In this document: one piece after another, positions 46,631 through 57,450 of the stretch | Layout of the letters: each line of letters starts with the position of its first letter | Numbering within the stretch: the stretch's first letter is position 1 | The notes under the pieces: model-generated | The model's database searches: none | What the model was told of the DNA's origin: nothing | Seen by the model: only the letters and a program-made list of their open reading frames with translations | NCBI GenBank assembly: GCA_963575745.1 | Contig: CAUYUJ010000003.1 | Coordinates: forward strand, 930,001 to 994,000 | DNA: 64,000 bases | Origin: Prorocentrum cordatum | Lineage: Eukaryota | Reading direction: 5' to 3' | Position numbers and translations under genes: made by a program

Positions 46631-47581
46631 CTTCCTCCACCTCCCACTCATCCTCCTCCCCCTGCCCCCCCCTCGTTTTCATCTTTGTCGATCTCAGGGT
46701 CGGCGGCACCGGCCGCAAGGCCTTCGCAATATATTGTGAAGAAGTATCAGGCCGGAGACGTTGCTGCTGTAACTCGGGGGACAGGGGCCCAGTTTGGTGA
46801 CCCCTCACTGTCCCTGGCAAAAATAACAAGGTGCGAGTCCCGGGAGAAGCACTTCAATTTAAAATGCACGATGTGGCCCGCAGGGGAGGATCAACAATAC
46901 TGATTATTTCGAACTGTGATTGCAACAACAACAGCAACAACGACAGCAACAACAATCCGCACCGCGAAACCCAACTTCAGCCACGCACCCAGGGGCAGTG
47001 AATGACCGCTCCACCCCCTCTGTCTGACTAAAAGATTTCTCGGTGCGCGCGTCGCCACTTGGGGGGGGGTGGGGGCGACGCGCACATAGTGTTAGTATGT
47101 TGGGGTGACGCCGAGTTGAATGTGCGGCAGCGTCGAGGGCTGGGCACGCTTCATCATAACATTGGTGGAAGACTCCAGCGGAAACTGTTGTTGTAGAGTG
47201 GTCGTTGGTCAGGGGCGCAGTTTGGCCCACGGGGGCAGTCTGGCAGGGGCAGCAGGAGGCGGAGGAAGGGCAAATTGGCATAGACGCGAATCGACAAATA
47301 ATGTATGAATCGAAAATGCAACATACTTGTAACACACACACACACATGGATTGCGGGGGCGGAGTTGCACAATGCGAGAACGATCCAGACAGATCCGCGT
47401 CAGGAGCCGCTGCTGCTGGGATCTGGGGCCCAGTGCGCCACGACGGCATGCAAAGAAATGCGTTATAACAGCTGCCATGCGGGGATCGAGGGCACACGTC
47501 ACACGGGAGATCTAATTGGCACTGCAGGAGGATCCACAGCTACCCTCCTTTGGGACGGAGACTGCACAGAACAGGAGCCGC

Positions 47582-47637
47582 CTGCCACCGTGTCTTCACG
47601 ACGTCGAGGGGGTAGATGGATGCCCATGCCAGCGCCC
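47582..47637 (-). CDS. Mitochondrial carrier exon (ALAWASIYPLDVVKTRWQ), signature motif 3
   Basis: Px[DE]xx[KR] motif PLDVVKTR; ccgaag| acceptor in phase with GGFAG; GC donor. Confidence 0.92.
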
Positions 47638-48589
47638 CTTCGGTGCGCAACGCGCTGCACACGCGCGCGAGGTGCAAGAGGGGAGAGCCAGCGATACCGA
47701 TCTCGCCTACTGTCGGCGCCCTTGTGCCAGAACCCAGCGCCCTGCAGGCATGGAGCCCTGAAACACAAGTCCAGAACAAATCCGTGACGAGATCCTGCAT
47801 CCACAACGAGTACACAGCCCCGCGCACGCACTGAAAAGGCTTCAAGCACTGCCACTTGTCGGCGCCTCTGCCCTGGGTGATCCGAGAGGGTGTTCTTGTA
47901 CCTTCCCGGATTTCCGCGAAACAGGGGCTCGCCACGAAGAAGACCCAGTACTCGAAGGGCCCTCAGGAGGCTCCTGGGACTAGGAAGATCCGCGAGGCCT
48001 CCGGAATCTCGCCCAAGCCTTGCAACCCTCTGGGCGGCGTCGGCAGCCCACCGTAGCACCCGGAGCAATTCTTGTCCGCTCGATCTCTAGAGTCTGCAAC
48101 CCGCCTGCTTTTCAGGGTGCTTCTCGAAGCTCTAGAATCGTGGCCCCACGTCTCTCTCAGAAGGGTCACAGACCAAAGTCGCCAAAACGGCACACACTGG
48201 TCGCGCCGTGGCCATCTTCTTCACTATGACATCCTCATCTGCCCACCCAGACCGGCCACGCCCTTCGAGGCCCACTTGTCGATCTCTGGGTTCCCGCCAC
48301 GGCCAACTCCCCCCGCATGCTCACACGCGCCTCGGTGCAGAAAACTTGTACCGTCACTGGTCAGATCCCAATTAACATCGATCCCAAGAAACCTCCCGCG
48401 CGCATTTCTTCCGAGTTGTTCAAGCCACATCCAGGCATGGCGACGAGAGATTGCCCCCCAAAGGAAGCGCACGGACACGTCGGCCTCTCTTTGCCCTTGT
48501 CTGCGAAGTCCATAGCCTGCGTCGCGATCTACCGGGACTTGCCTCCCTCCTAACCCCTACCCGGATCCTGGATCAGGGCACGAAATAAG

Positions 48590-48885
48590 GTGTGCGTATG
48601 TGTGTGTGTGTGTGCGTGCGTGTGTGTGTGTATGTGGGTGTGGTGTGTGGTGTGTGTTGTGTGTTGTGTGTTGTGTTGTTTGTTGTGTTGTGTGGTGTGT
48701 GGTGTGTGTTGTGTGTTGTGTGTTGTGTGTTGTGTGTTGTGTTGTGTGTGGTGTGTGTGTGTGTTGTGTGTGTGTGTGGTGTGTGTGTGTGTGTGGTGTG
48801 TGTGGTGTGTGGTGTGTGTGTGTGTGTGTTTGTTTGTGCGTGCGTGCGTGCGTGCGTGCATGCGTGCGTGCGTGTGCGTGTGCGC
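48590..48885. repeat. (GT)/(GTT) compound microsatellite
   Basis: Visible tract. Confidence 0.95.
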
Positions 48886-50321
48886 GGGTGGCTTTCTCCT
48901 AGACGCGCCCCCAGCCCTCCTCCCCGATCGATCATTCTTCGCCCCGCCTACGTGGAGATAAAAGCATGAGTATGCTCACGCCTCCCACCGCTCCTCCCCC
49001 TCTGCAGGGTGACCCCAAATCGGATCGGAAAATCAGACCGGCCATCGAAACACAAGGAATCGGCGGGAATCGGAAGGCAGATCCGAAGGCATCAGCGGCG
49101 ACATCCGCCAGCCGTGGCAGAGGCATGCACGAGGAAATCCAGATTGAGGTCAGAATCCAAAGTCGAACCTCGGGGAACAACATGCAATTGACACAACCTT
49201 TCGGAGGTCCGCGCATCCGATCGGCGCTGGGAGCCCCCCGAAGGGCGCCCCCAGCGCGCTCCGCCGATCCAAGAAATCAGCGCGGGCCTCTGAAAATTCA
49301 TGTCTGTGTAAGCCGAATCGCTGTTATAAGGAACCCTAACTAAGGAAGAGGGTCCCTTTTTTCCATCAGTTAGACTGCGATGTCCCATAGACAACCTATG
49401 GAGCACCTAAACCAAACTGTAAAACAATTAAAAAGCACCGGGTCCCTCCCAAACGAAAACGGTTCCTTCTTCAGCGGCCCGACTGTAGTTTTTGGTTCCC
49501 CGAGGATCGAATCGAATGTCGCAGCCCTCGAAACCAAGTCGATCCGACTCGGCAGAGCCGAGATGGCTCCTGCCTCGGCCTCCCTCCCCCCTCCCCCTTG
49601 CCATCTCGGAGCGCGCACGCCCCTCAGACCACGCGGGGGGGGGAGCACAAGCAGCCAGCAGGTGGAGATCCGATATGACGGGATCAGTCAGTATCGAGCA
49701 GGGAAATCGGTTCGAGTCGAAATGAGCGTCGGATCGGGCTGCATCGGCACGCAGTCGAGATCGAATCGGACCGGCCGAGACAGCATGCACAACCGCGTCG
49801 TGCAAGCATCGGGCCGCGCATCGGCTCGTCGGAATCCCGCAATCGGATCGGGTTGGGCCGGCTGGAGCCGATATCGAATCGGATCGGTCGGATCGAAGAG
49901 GACCCTGACATACCCCTCTTCGGTGGCGAGCGAGGGGGGGAAGAGGAGAAGGAGAATGCCTTAGCAGAAGACTCGGAAGTCCCGCGGCCTGCTGAGAAGG
50001 TTTCTAAGCCTTCCCCGAAGACACCAACAAAAACCTCTAGGAAGGCGCGAGGGCTTCTGAGCAGTCCCGCCGCCTTCTGAGAGGGCCTTCTTCTCACTTC
50101 CCCCCCGGGCGCGCCGTCGAATCTGGTTTTGGGGTCGTAACTCGGGTCTCCAGCGGCCGTTCGGGACGATCCCAGCACCCCCGGAACGCCCTCTGCGAGG
50201 CGCAGCTGCTGGCAAGCATCCCGAGGCTGGAAAACCGCCCCGAACCGACGAAAACTTCCGAAAACCTCAAACCCCGAACATCGACCCCGAAACCAACGCG
50301 GCCGACCGCGCAAAATCTCGC

Positions 50322-50426
50322 CTGCGAACCCGCCTGCGAGGAAGCTGACGGCGGGCTCCTTGCCGAACCGCTCGCAGCAGGCCTCGTAGAAGGAGAAATA
50401 CAAGGCGAAGCTCGGGGTCTCCCGAC
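50322..50426 (-). CDS. Mitochondrial carrier exon (RETPSFALYFSFYEACCERFGKEPAVSFLAGGFA)
   Basis: RE.P.F..YF..YE and FLAGG.AG motifs; ccgag| acceptor, GC donor; phases match neighbours. Confidence 0.92.
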
Positions 50427-51329
50427 CTCGGCACGCAGAGGGGCGCGCAGGGGGGCCGCGGGTGACCCTCGGCCCTCGAGAGTCGACCCTCGAGATTCGA
50501 CCCTGGATCTTCGACCCTCGAGACGCGATCCCCTGGGGGCCGCAAAACCGCCGACCCTCGAGATTCGATCCTCGATCTTCGATCCCCCATCCGAACCCGA
50601 CGCCCCTCCCCCTCCTCCCCGTCGCCATCGCTCGGACGTCCATGCCCCGTACCCTTTTCGATGTCGTGCGTGCATTTGTCGCAGGGCGCTCCAAGATGCT
50701 CCTCGATGGTCCTCGCTGAGGAAAAACTGCACACGTCCGAGCGATGCCAAGCCCCAGGCAATGCCAAGGGGTCGCCGCCTGCTCCCCGGGACTCCGAGAG
50801 AGACGTTCCCGAAGCGTCGACGACCTCCTCCATCCTAGATCCTCCCTCCCCCTCAAACCTCGATCTCCAGGAGGAGGTGACCCCGCTGCCGGCGGACTCC
50901 AGTTGGCTCGGGGGCGTTCCAGAGGGGGGCGTCCAAGAGTGGGGGTCGCCAATCACGGCCCGAGGCACGTGCGCGGCCCAGGGAGGGCCAAGCGACGCAT
51001 CGGAATAGAAGAGGGGGCCACGAAATCTGGGGAGACATCATGGCCCCTGCGATGACACCCCTCCCCCCCGGTCACCACCACCCCTCTTGTGGGGAAGGTA
51101 CCGATACCGCTGCGAAGGTACCGATACCGCTACTCCCCAAGCCTTTCTCAGGGTGCGTTCTGACCAGGACTTCGAGGCGAATCTGGCGGTGGCGACGAGG
51201 ACCTCCCTGGGGGCCCAAAAAGGGGACAGCGAGGCAAGGGTAGCGGTGTGGGTACATTCTCCTCCTCGGACCTCCCGCTGGTCACCACCACACCTCTTGG
51301 ACGCCTAAATCGCTTGGCGTTGCGTGGCT

Positions 51330-51981
51330 TCCTCCTCCTCCTCCTCCTCCTCCTCCTCCTCCTCCTCCTCCTCCTCCTCCTCCTCCTCCTCCTCCCATCC
51401 TCCCCTCCTCCCCCTCCTCCTCCTCCTCCTCCTCTCCTCCTCCTCCCTCCTCCTCCATCCTCCTCTCCTCCTCCTCCTCCTCCCATCCTCCTCCTCCTCC
51501 TCCTCCTCCTCCTCCTCCTCCTCCTCCTCCTCCTCCTCCTCCTCCTCCTCCTCCTCCTCCTCCTCCTCCTCCTCCTCCTCCTCCTCCTCCTCCTCCTCCT
51601 CCTCCTCCTCCTCCTCCTCCTCCTCCTCCTCCTCCTCCTCCTCCTCCTCCTCCTCCTCCTCCTCCTCCTCCTCCTCCTCCTCCTCCTCCTCCTCCTCCTC
51701 CTCCTCCTCCTCCTCCTCCTCCCCTCCTCCTCCTCCTCCTCCTCCTCCTCCTCCTCCTCCTCCTCCTCCTCCTCCTCCTCCTCCTCCTCCTCCTCCTCCT
51801 CCTCCTCCTCCTCCTCCTCCTCCTCCTCCTCCTCCTCCTCCTCCTCCTCCTCCTCCCTCCTCCTCCTCCTCCTCCTCCTCCTTCCTCCTCCTCCTCCTCC
51901 TCCTCCTCCTCCTCCTCCTCCTCCTCCTCCTCCTCCTCCTCCTCCTCCTCCTCCTCCTCCTCCTCCTCCTCCTCCTCCTCC
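51330..51981. repeat. (CCT)n microsatellite flanked by a duplicated ctggtcaccaccac.cctcttggacgcct motif
   Basis: Visible tract; motif at about 51278 and 51981. Confidence 0.95.
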
Positions 51982-52422
51982 TGGTCACCACCACCCCTCT
52001 TGGACGCCTCGGACTGGCATCGCCCGGCACCGTCCGAAGGCGTGGTCGGAAAGGGCAGGCTGGGCGGAGAGCAGCAGACGGTGAGCAGCCCACGGGCCCC
52101 CGCGGGCTGCCCGCGCGGTGGGGAAGTGCTCGATGCCCGGGGCCTTGCGAGGGGCACAACGTTATGCTCGGGCCACCCTCCTGAGGAGGGAGGAGAAGGA
52201 GGAGGAGGAGGAGGAGGAGGAGGAGGAGGAGCAGGAGGGAGAGGAGGAGGAGGAGGAGACAGACAGACAGACAGACATGCTCATGGAATCCCTCGTCAGC
52301 TTAGCCTCGAAACCGCAAAACAAATACGCAAAGCTTGGATTCTGAGGGGCGAAACCTTAATCCCGCCGTTTTAAATGTGTGGGAGCCGTGCGCACGTCGT
52401 GGCGTTGGAGGAGATGGATGGG

Positions 52423-52740
52423 GGAGGACCAGCGCAAACCCAAGACTCATCAACGACGTTGTAATAAACCCTCCCTCCGGGTTTTTTGTTCACAGGCCCC
52501 TGCAAGGACTCATTTTCACTGAGAGAAATGCCGCGTTGGCAGACAATCGTGTGAAGCAGCATTGATTGTTTTTGCGTCTTGACGATCTGGGACTTTTGAC
52601 ACCACGACTCAACATAACTGTTGCGCCCTGATAACCTGGCACCAAGCCACAACACCGCTGTTGGTGGGGTAGCCATGAGAACCAGTGAAGCTGCTGCGAA
52701 TGTTTCAGACGAGTGTGCACGGCGCTAAGGCGAGAGCCAC
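52423..52740. repeat. Interspersed repeat with an inverted copy at about 57590-57790
   Basis: ggaggaccagcgcaaacccaagactcatcaacga matches the reverse complement of 57757-57790 with one mismatch. Confidence 0.8.
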
Positions 52741-53028
52741 ACATTGAAAAGGAACCGCCCTCTACTCGTTAAACTGTATACAATTTGTTCAAGCGAATAT
52801 GGGCGGCGCTGAAGCGAGAACCGCACTGTGAAAACGACACTGCATTGGCCCACCTCTCGACCGCGGTGCGCTATTGCCCCTGTTCGTCCACGCGCGAGAA
52901 GGACTGCAGGTCCGAACAATCCGTCGATCAGAAGTAGCATCCTTCGCGCGCGGCAAGCCGTTCTGTGGCGCGCCCGATACAGACGCTGTGGCCTAAGCGG
53001 ACAGCAAGCCACCAATCATCGGGGGCGC

Positions 53029-53201
53029 GCAAACATGGTTTAGCGATCCATGGATTTGGCGCGCGGTCGCCACATCCATGGAACGGGTGAGGTGCCCTCC
53101 CCAAAATGCGGCCGGTGCCGCCTCGTTCGGCGGCGGAAATCCACGATTTCCCATGGAAACGGGACCCGTCGCTAATCCACGCCCCCTTAATCCATGTTTG
53201 C
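53029..53201. mobile_element. MITE-like element; related copy at about 58150-58330
   Basis: gcaaacatgg ... ccatgtttgc inverted ends; catggaaac.ggg.cc.gtcgc.aatccacgc shared with 58281-58330. Confidence 0.55.
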
Positions 53202-53419
53202 GATCGCCTGAAACAGGCTCAAGACAGTGCATCTCTGCTCGTGCCATCTCGATCGCCTTGTCCCCCCCCTATCGTCACATTTCTCCCTCGGTTCCGCCCC
53301 CTCCTCTTCAAGCAATAATTGTCTGAGTCTCTCCTGAGTCTCGGTCACCGTTCCATTCTTGATGTGCTCCAGCTGTTCGAAGACTTTGGCGTTGACGCAT
53401 CGTTACCCGAGTCCCCGAC

Positions 53420-53504
53420 AGATGGTCATCAGTAAACCACGCGATGGACCATGGACTCCGAGGAGCCCATGCTCTTTGACCATGTCTCTCAGGATGAGCC
53501 ATTC
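53420..53504 (-). CDS. Mitochondrial carrier exon (EWLILRDMVKEHGLLGVHGPSRGLLMTI)
   Basis: caccag| acceptor, GT donor; joins RVYE upstream and (C)RETPS downstream in phase. Confidence 0.85.
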
Positions 53505-53863
53505 CTGGTGGGGCGGAGGGGCCGAGAGTAGTCACATGTTTTACGTCGCAGCGCGGCAGAGGCAGTCCGCACGCGCGCTCGGGCAAGCCTGGTGACGGCA
53601 TCACGAATTGTCTGGCAGCAAGAATGGGAAAATAGGAGAGGGAAAGCGGCCGCGGGCAAGGGGGAGGAGGGAGAACGTTCACGCGGCGAGTCTGGGAGGA
53701 GTCACATGGGATGGAATCAAACAGGGGAGCACGAGCGAGCAGAGTCGAAAGGGTAGAGCATATCGATGTGGCAAGGTGTTGCCGAAAGGAGGAAAGCCCA
53801 AGGATGTGGAGCAAAACGGGGTGGAGCCACGAGTGCTGAAGCATAGCGGGAACTAACGCACGC

Positions 53864-53935
53864 CTCGTAGACTCGGCCCTCACTTTTAAGATTGGTCTGC
53901 GCGATGCACTTGACCAACTCTGTGGGCGCCGTTAG
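53864..53935 (-). CDS. Mitochondrial carrier exon (LTAPTELVKCIAQTNLKSEGRVYE), signature motif 2
   Basis: PTELVK motif; GC donor; expected acceptor position reads cgg rather than cag. Confidence 0.85.
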
Positions 53936-55184
53936 CCGCAGCCCCAACAGCAAAGGCTCCGTATGCAAGTTTGTGGTCACATCCTGCGACCACCGTACGA
54001 TGTACACCCCATCACAAGAGCCCTCATGTTTTCGTTCCCCCTGTCCCTACCTACCCCTACCAAGCCCAACATTATTCCCCACAAGCTCTCATTTCCGGCT
54101 TGTCGTCTGCACCTCGAACAACTGCCGCGTTGTTGCACGGACAGTATGTTCCACAGCTGATCCTGCTCCTCTGGCTCCACCACAAGCGCGCACGCATTCG
54201 CGCGCACAAGCATGTGCATGCGTGCGAAGCGAAAATATGACGCGACGCATGTCCCACAAGCTGAGTTCCGGACACTTATAAAAATACATGTTGTGATGCA
54301 TGTGCCACATTACACACGCGCGCTGCTCATTGCAAGAAATGTATGTGGCAGGGGGAGTGAATGTCTCGCACACCTGCACACGCGCATATCCGCATGCTGG
54401 TTGTTCGAGGGCGCAGGCGCAGAGGCACACACAAACACACACACACACACACTCGCTCTCTTTGCGTCGCAGCCACACGCGCAGCGCCGCGACGTAGGGC
54501 AAGCCAAGCGAGAAGAGCGCGGGCCTGACCAGCTCACGCAGCGTGGAGAAGCTGGATCCGCCCATAGAGGATCGACAGCAACACATACACACACCACACC
54601 ACACGCACACACACACACACTGTTACACATTGGGCCACAAGGATGCGAGTGTTAAGCCGACTAGTGAGTGGGTCCTATGGAAACGGCACCTGGCTAAGCG
54701 CAAAAAGGCAGCGGCAACACAGCGGTCAAACCTCAGAAAACGAAGGTGTGCACAGGTCAAGCCATCGCAGGGGAATCATGCAGAAGAAGGCGCAGGCTGG
54801 GCGCGAATAGCAGACCGAAGTACACAAGCATTCATCACCCACACACGCATACACACACACGTCTGTATGCGTATAGAACCACGGGAGATGCGCGACGATG
54901 GTGCTCCGCGAGGACATTCACATGTACCCGGGACTCGTGGTAACACACATTATGGATGTGACGCGACGTTGGCTGCCAAGCATGGAGGTGGCGTATACAT
55001 CCTGGATCCGTACATTGGCGTTACTGGACTGTCAAGGTTGTGCTTGCACGAGCCAATGCCGCATCGCGCCCGCTGTCCCTCCTTCACCTCTCCCTCATCC
55101 CCCTCACCCTCCTCCTCCTCCTCCTCCTCCTCCTCCTCCTCCTCCTCTCCCCCTCCTCCTCCTCCTCCTCCTCCTCCTCCTCCT

Positions 55185-55218
<34 letters not shown>

Positions 55219-55303
55219 CGTCATCTCGCATCCCCTCCTCCTCGACGACTGCCTCCTCCCCTTCCTCCCTACAGCGGATGCCACGCCGCCAGGCTTCTGA
55301 GAC

Positions 55304-55345
55304 GAAGGAAGAGGCCACACCAGCAGCGGCGCCAGCCATCCCCAC
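55304..55345 (-). CDS. Mitochondrial carrier exon (VGMAGAAAGVASSF)
   Basis: gcccag| acceptor, GT donor; supplies the AG...G of helix 3. Confidence 0.85.
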
Positions 55346-56222
55346 CTGGGCGCGGCTTGAGTTCAAGAGAGCGGGGGAGGAAGGAGTGGCGAGGAGAAGG
55401 TATTCGACGTGTCTGTGTCTCTGCGGTCTTCAAGTATATTTGGAGGAGGGTTCCTGGTTCGTGAGGCTTCCAGAACTATTTCGGATGTTAGAGCAGGAGG
55501 AAAGTACGACGCGAGAGGACAAAGGCATGGCTGATGCACATGGGGTGCTAGAGTGTGATCGGGGATTCGAGGAGAATGGAGGAGGCGGATGAGGGTGAAC
55601 AGTGAGGAAGAGCACAAATAGGGGAAGAGAGGCGGAGGGAGGGGGGGAGGAGTCGCACTTCTTTGAGGGGAAGCGGAGGACCGAGAGCACGGACATGACA
55701 CGGTGTCCCAGGCAGGGGAGAGGCCGCGGCGGCAGGAGGGGCCAAGCCAGCACGCTGCACACCAACACATGCTTCACACTGGACACGATCGTGTACACTG
55801 CGGTGCACCAAGAAATGGCCAAGGCGAGCATTCCCCCACCCCACCACAGTTGATAAAGTTGACAGTCGACAGCAGGCCACACGCAGATGACGCATAGTCA
55901 AGCAAAACACTGCGCACCAGGTTGGAGAGAGAGAGAGAGAAGGGCAGAGCTATAGCATCCCCTCACGCTTTACTTCGTGGCGCCACTGACCGAGCCAATG
56001 CCTGGAGCTCGGTCCTTAGGAGGGCGCTTCTGGTGTGAGGCTTGCCGTTTTTTACACGGTCCCGAGCCCAGCGAGGGCCCCTGGAAACACAAACATGCCA
56101 AACACCGTTTGTCGCGTATTTTTTCAAGACGCGATCATGTCTGGATCATTCAGTGCCCTCACTGTGCCGCGGGCACGATGCTCGGAGCCAGGCGACCCAG
56201 ACGCTCCTTCCTTGGCAGCCTC

Positions 56223-56419
56223 TTCGGTAGCAGATCATGGGAGCCTTGTGTAACCTCTGTAGAGTGCGTTACCGACGATTAGCGTTTGGCAATCGATGGC
56301 ATAGCGCCGATGTAGCGTCGACGTAGCGACGATTTAGCGTCGATCCAGCGTCGATCAGCAGCGTCGATTCGCAAGAGCCAGCAAGATGGTCGGGGAGGCC
56401 CCCATGAGTTGGCACCGAA
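56223..56419. mobile_element. MITE family A copy, opposite orientation
   Basis: ttcggtagcagatcatgggagcct ... aggcccccatgagttggcaccgaa termini; internal agcgtcgat repeats. Confidence 0.8.
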
Positions 56420-57029
56420 GGCTCCAGAGCCGGTGTCCCTAGGGACCCGTGCCTTCTCAATGCCGGGGAAGGGTGGCCTCTGGACGCTCGATGGATCCAG
56501 GGCCGAGAGATCGCAGCTCGCGGGAACGAGGGATCCTAGGATCCTGGGATCGAGGGATCGAGGGCTCCTCGACGCCGTCTCGCTCGGTGACGCTGCACAG
56601 CCCTGCAGCTGCGCGACGCCTCCACCCACGGGCGCCGCTAGTCAGTGGGGGGGGCATGAATCAATGGGAGGGGCCTGGCTCTAGAAGGACGGGCCCCCTT
56701 CACCCGTTCGTCGAAGGACACGGCCGCTCCTTCTCCTCCTCCTCTCATCCTCCTCCTCCTCCTTCTCCTCCTCCTCCTCCTCATCCTCCTTCCTCCCTCC
56801 TCCCCCTCCTCCTCCTCCTCCTCCTCCTCCTCCTCCTTCTCCTCCTACTCCTCCCTCCTGATCCTCCTCGTCCTCGTCCTCGTCCTCCTCCTCCGCCTCC
56901 TTCTCCTCTTCCTCCTCCTCCGTTCCCCTTCCTCATAGATAACGCCTCCCTGTCGCACCCCGAAGCCGGTCGAAAGGGCAGGCAGGCAGCTTCGCCTGAG
57001 ACTTCCTTTATGGTCCTGAAGCTTGAAAT

Positions 57030-57450
57030 TTGGAACAGCTTCACGGATGGAGGACGGTCCGCTTTCGAAATGTGGATCTCGCCTTAGCACCGCGCACCAG
57101 CGTCTTCAACATCTGCAAGACCTTCACGGATGGAGGGCGGTCCAATTTCAAATTGTGGCTCTCCCCTTAGCGCCGCGCACAATCGTCTCCAAAATTTGCA
57201 AGACCTTCACGGATAGAGGGCGGTCCGCTTTCAAAACGTGATTATCGCCCCAGCGCCGCGCACATTCGTCTTGAGAGTTTGCAGGAGCTTCACGGATGGA
57301 GGGTGGTTTGCTTTTAACACGTGGCCCCCTTTTTAGCGCCGCGTAAATTCGTTTCCAAAGATTGCAAGAGCTGCACGGATGGAGGCGGAGTCCTTTTTTA
57401 AATGTGGCTCTCGCCTGAGCGCCGCGTACATTCGTCTTGAGAGCTAGCAA
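57030..57450. repeat. 83-bp tandem repeat; second degenerate array at about 58690-59100
   Basis: cttcacggat recurs at about 57039, 57122, 57205, 57288, 57371. Confidence 0.85.

Noticed and set aside
47150..47240. ccag|TAPVG... as the exon after KTRWQ
   Set aside because: A plausible micro-exon, but it cannot be linked in phase to the 29798 exon and has no motif support
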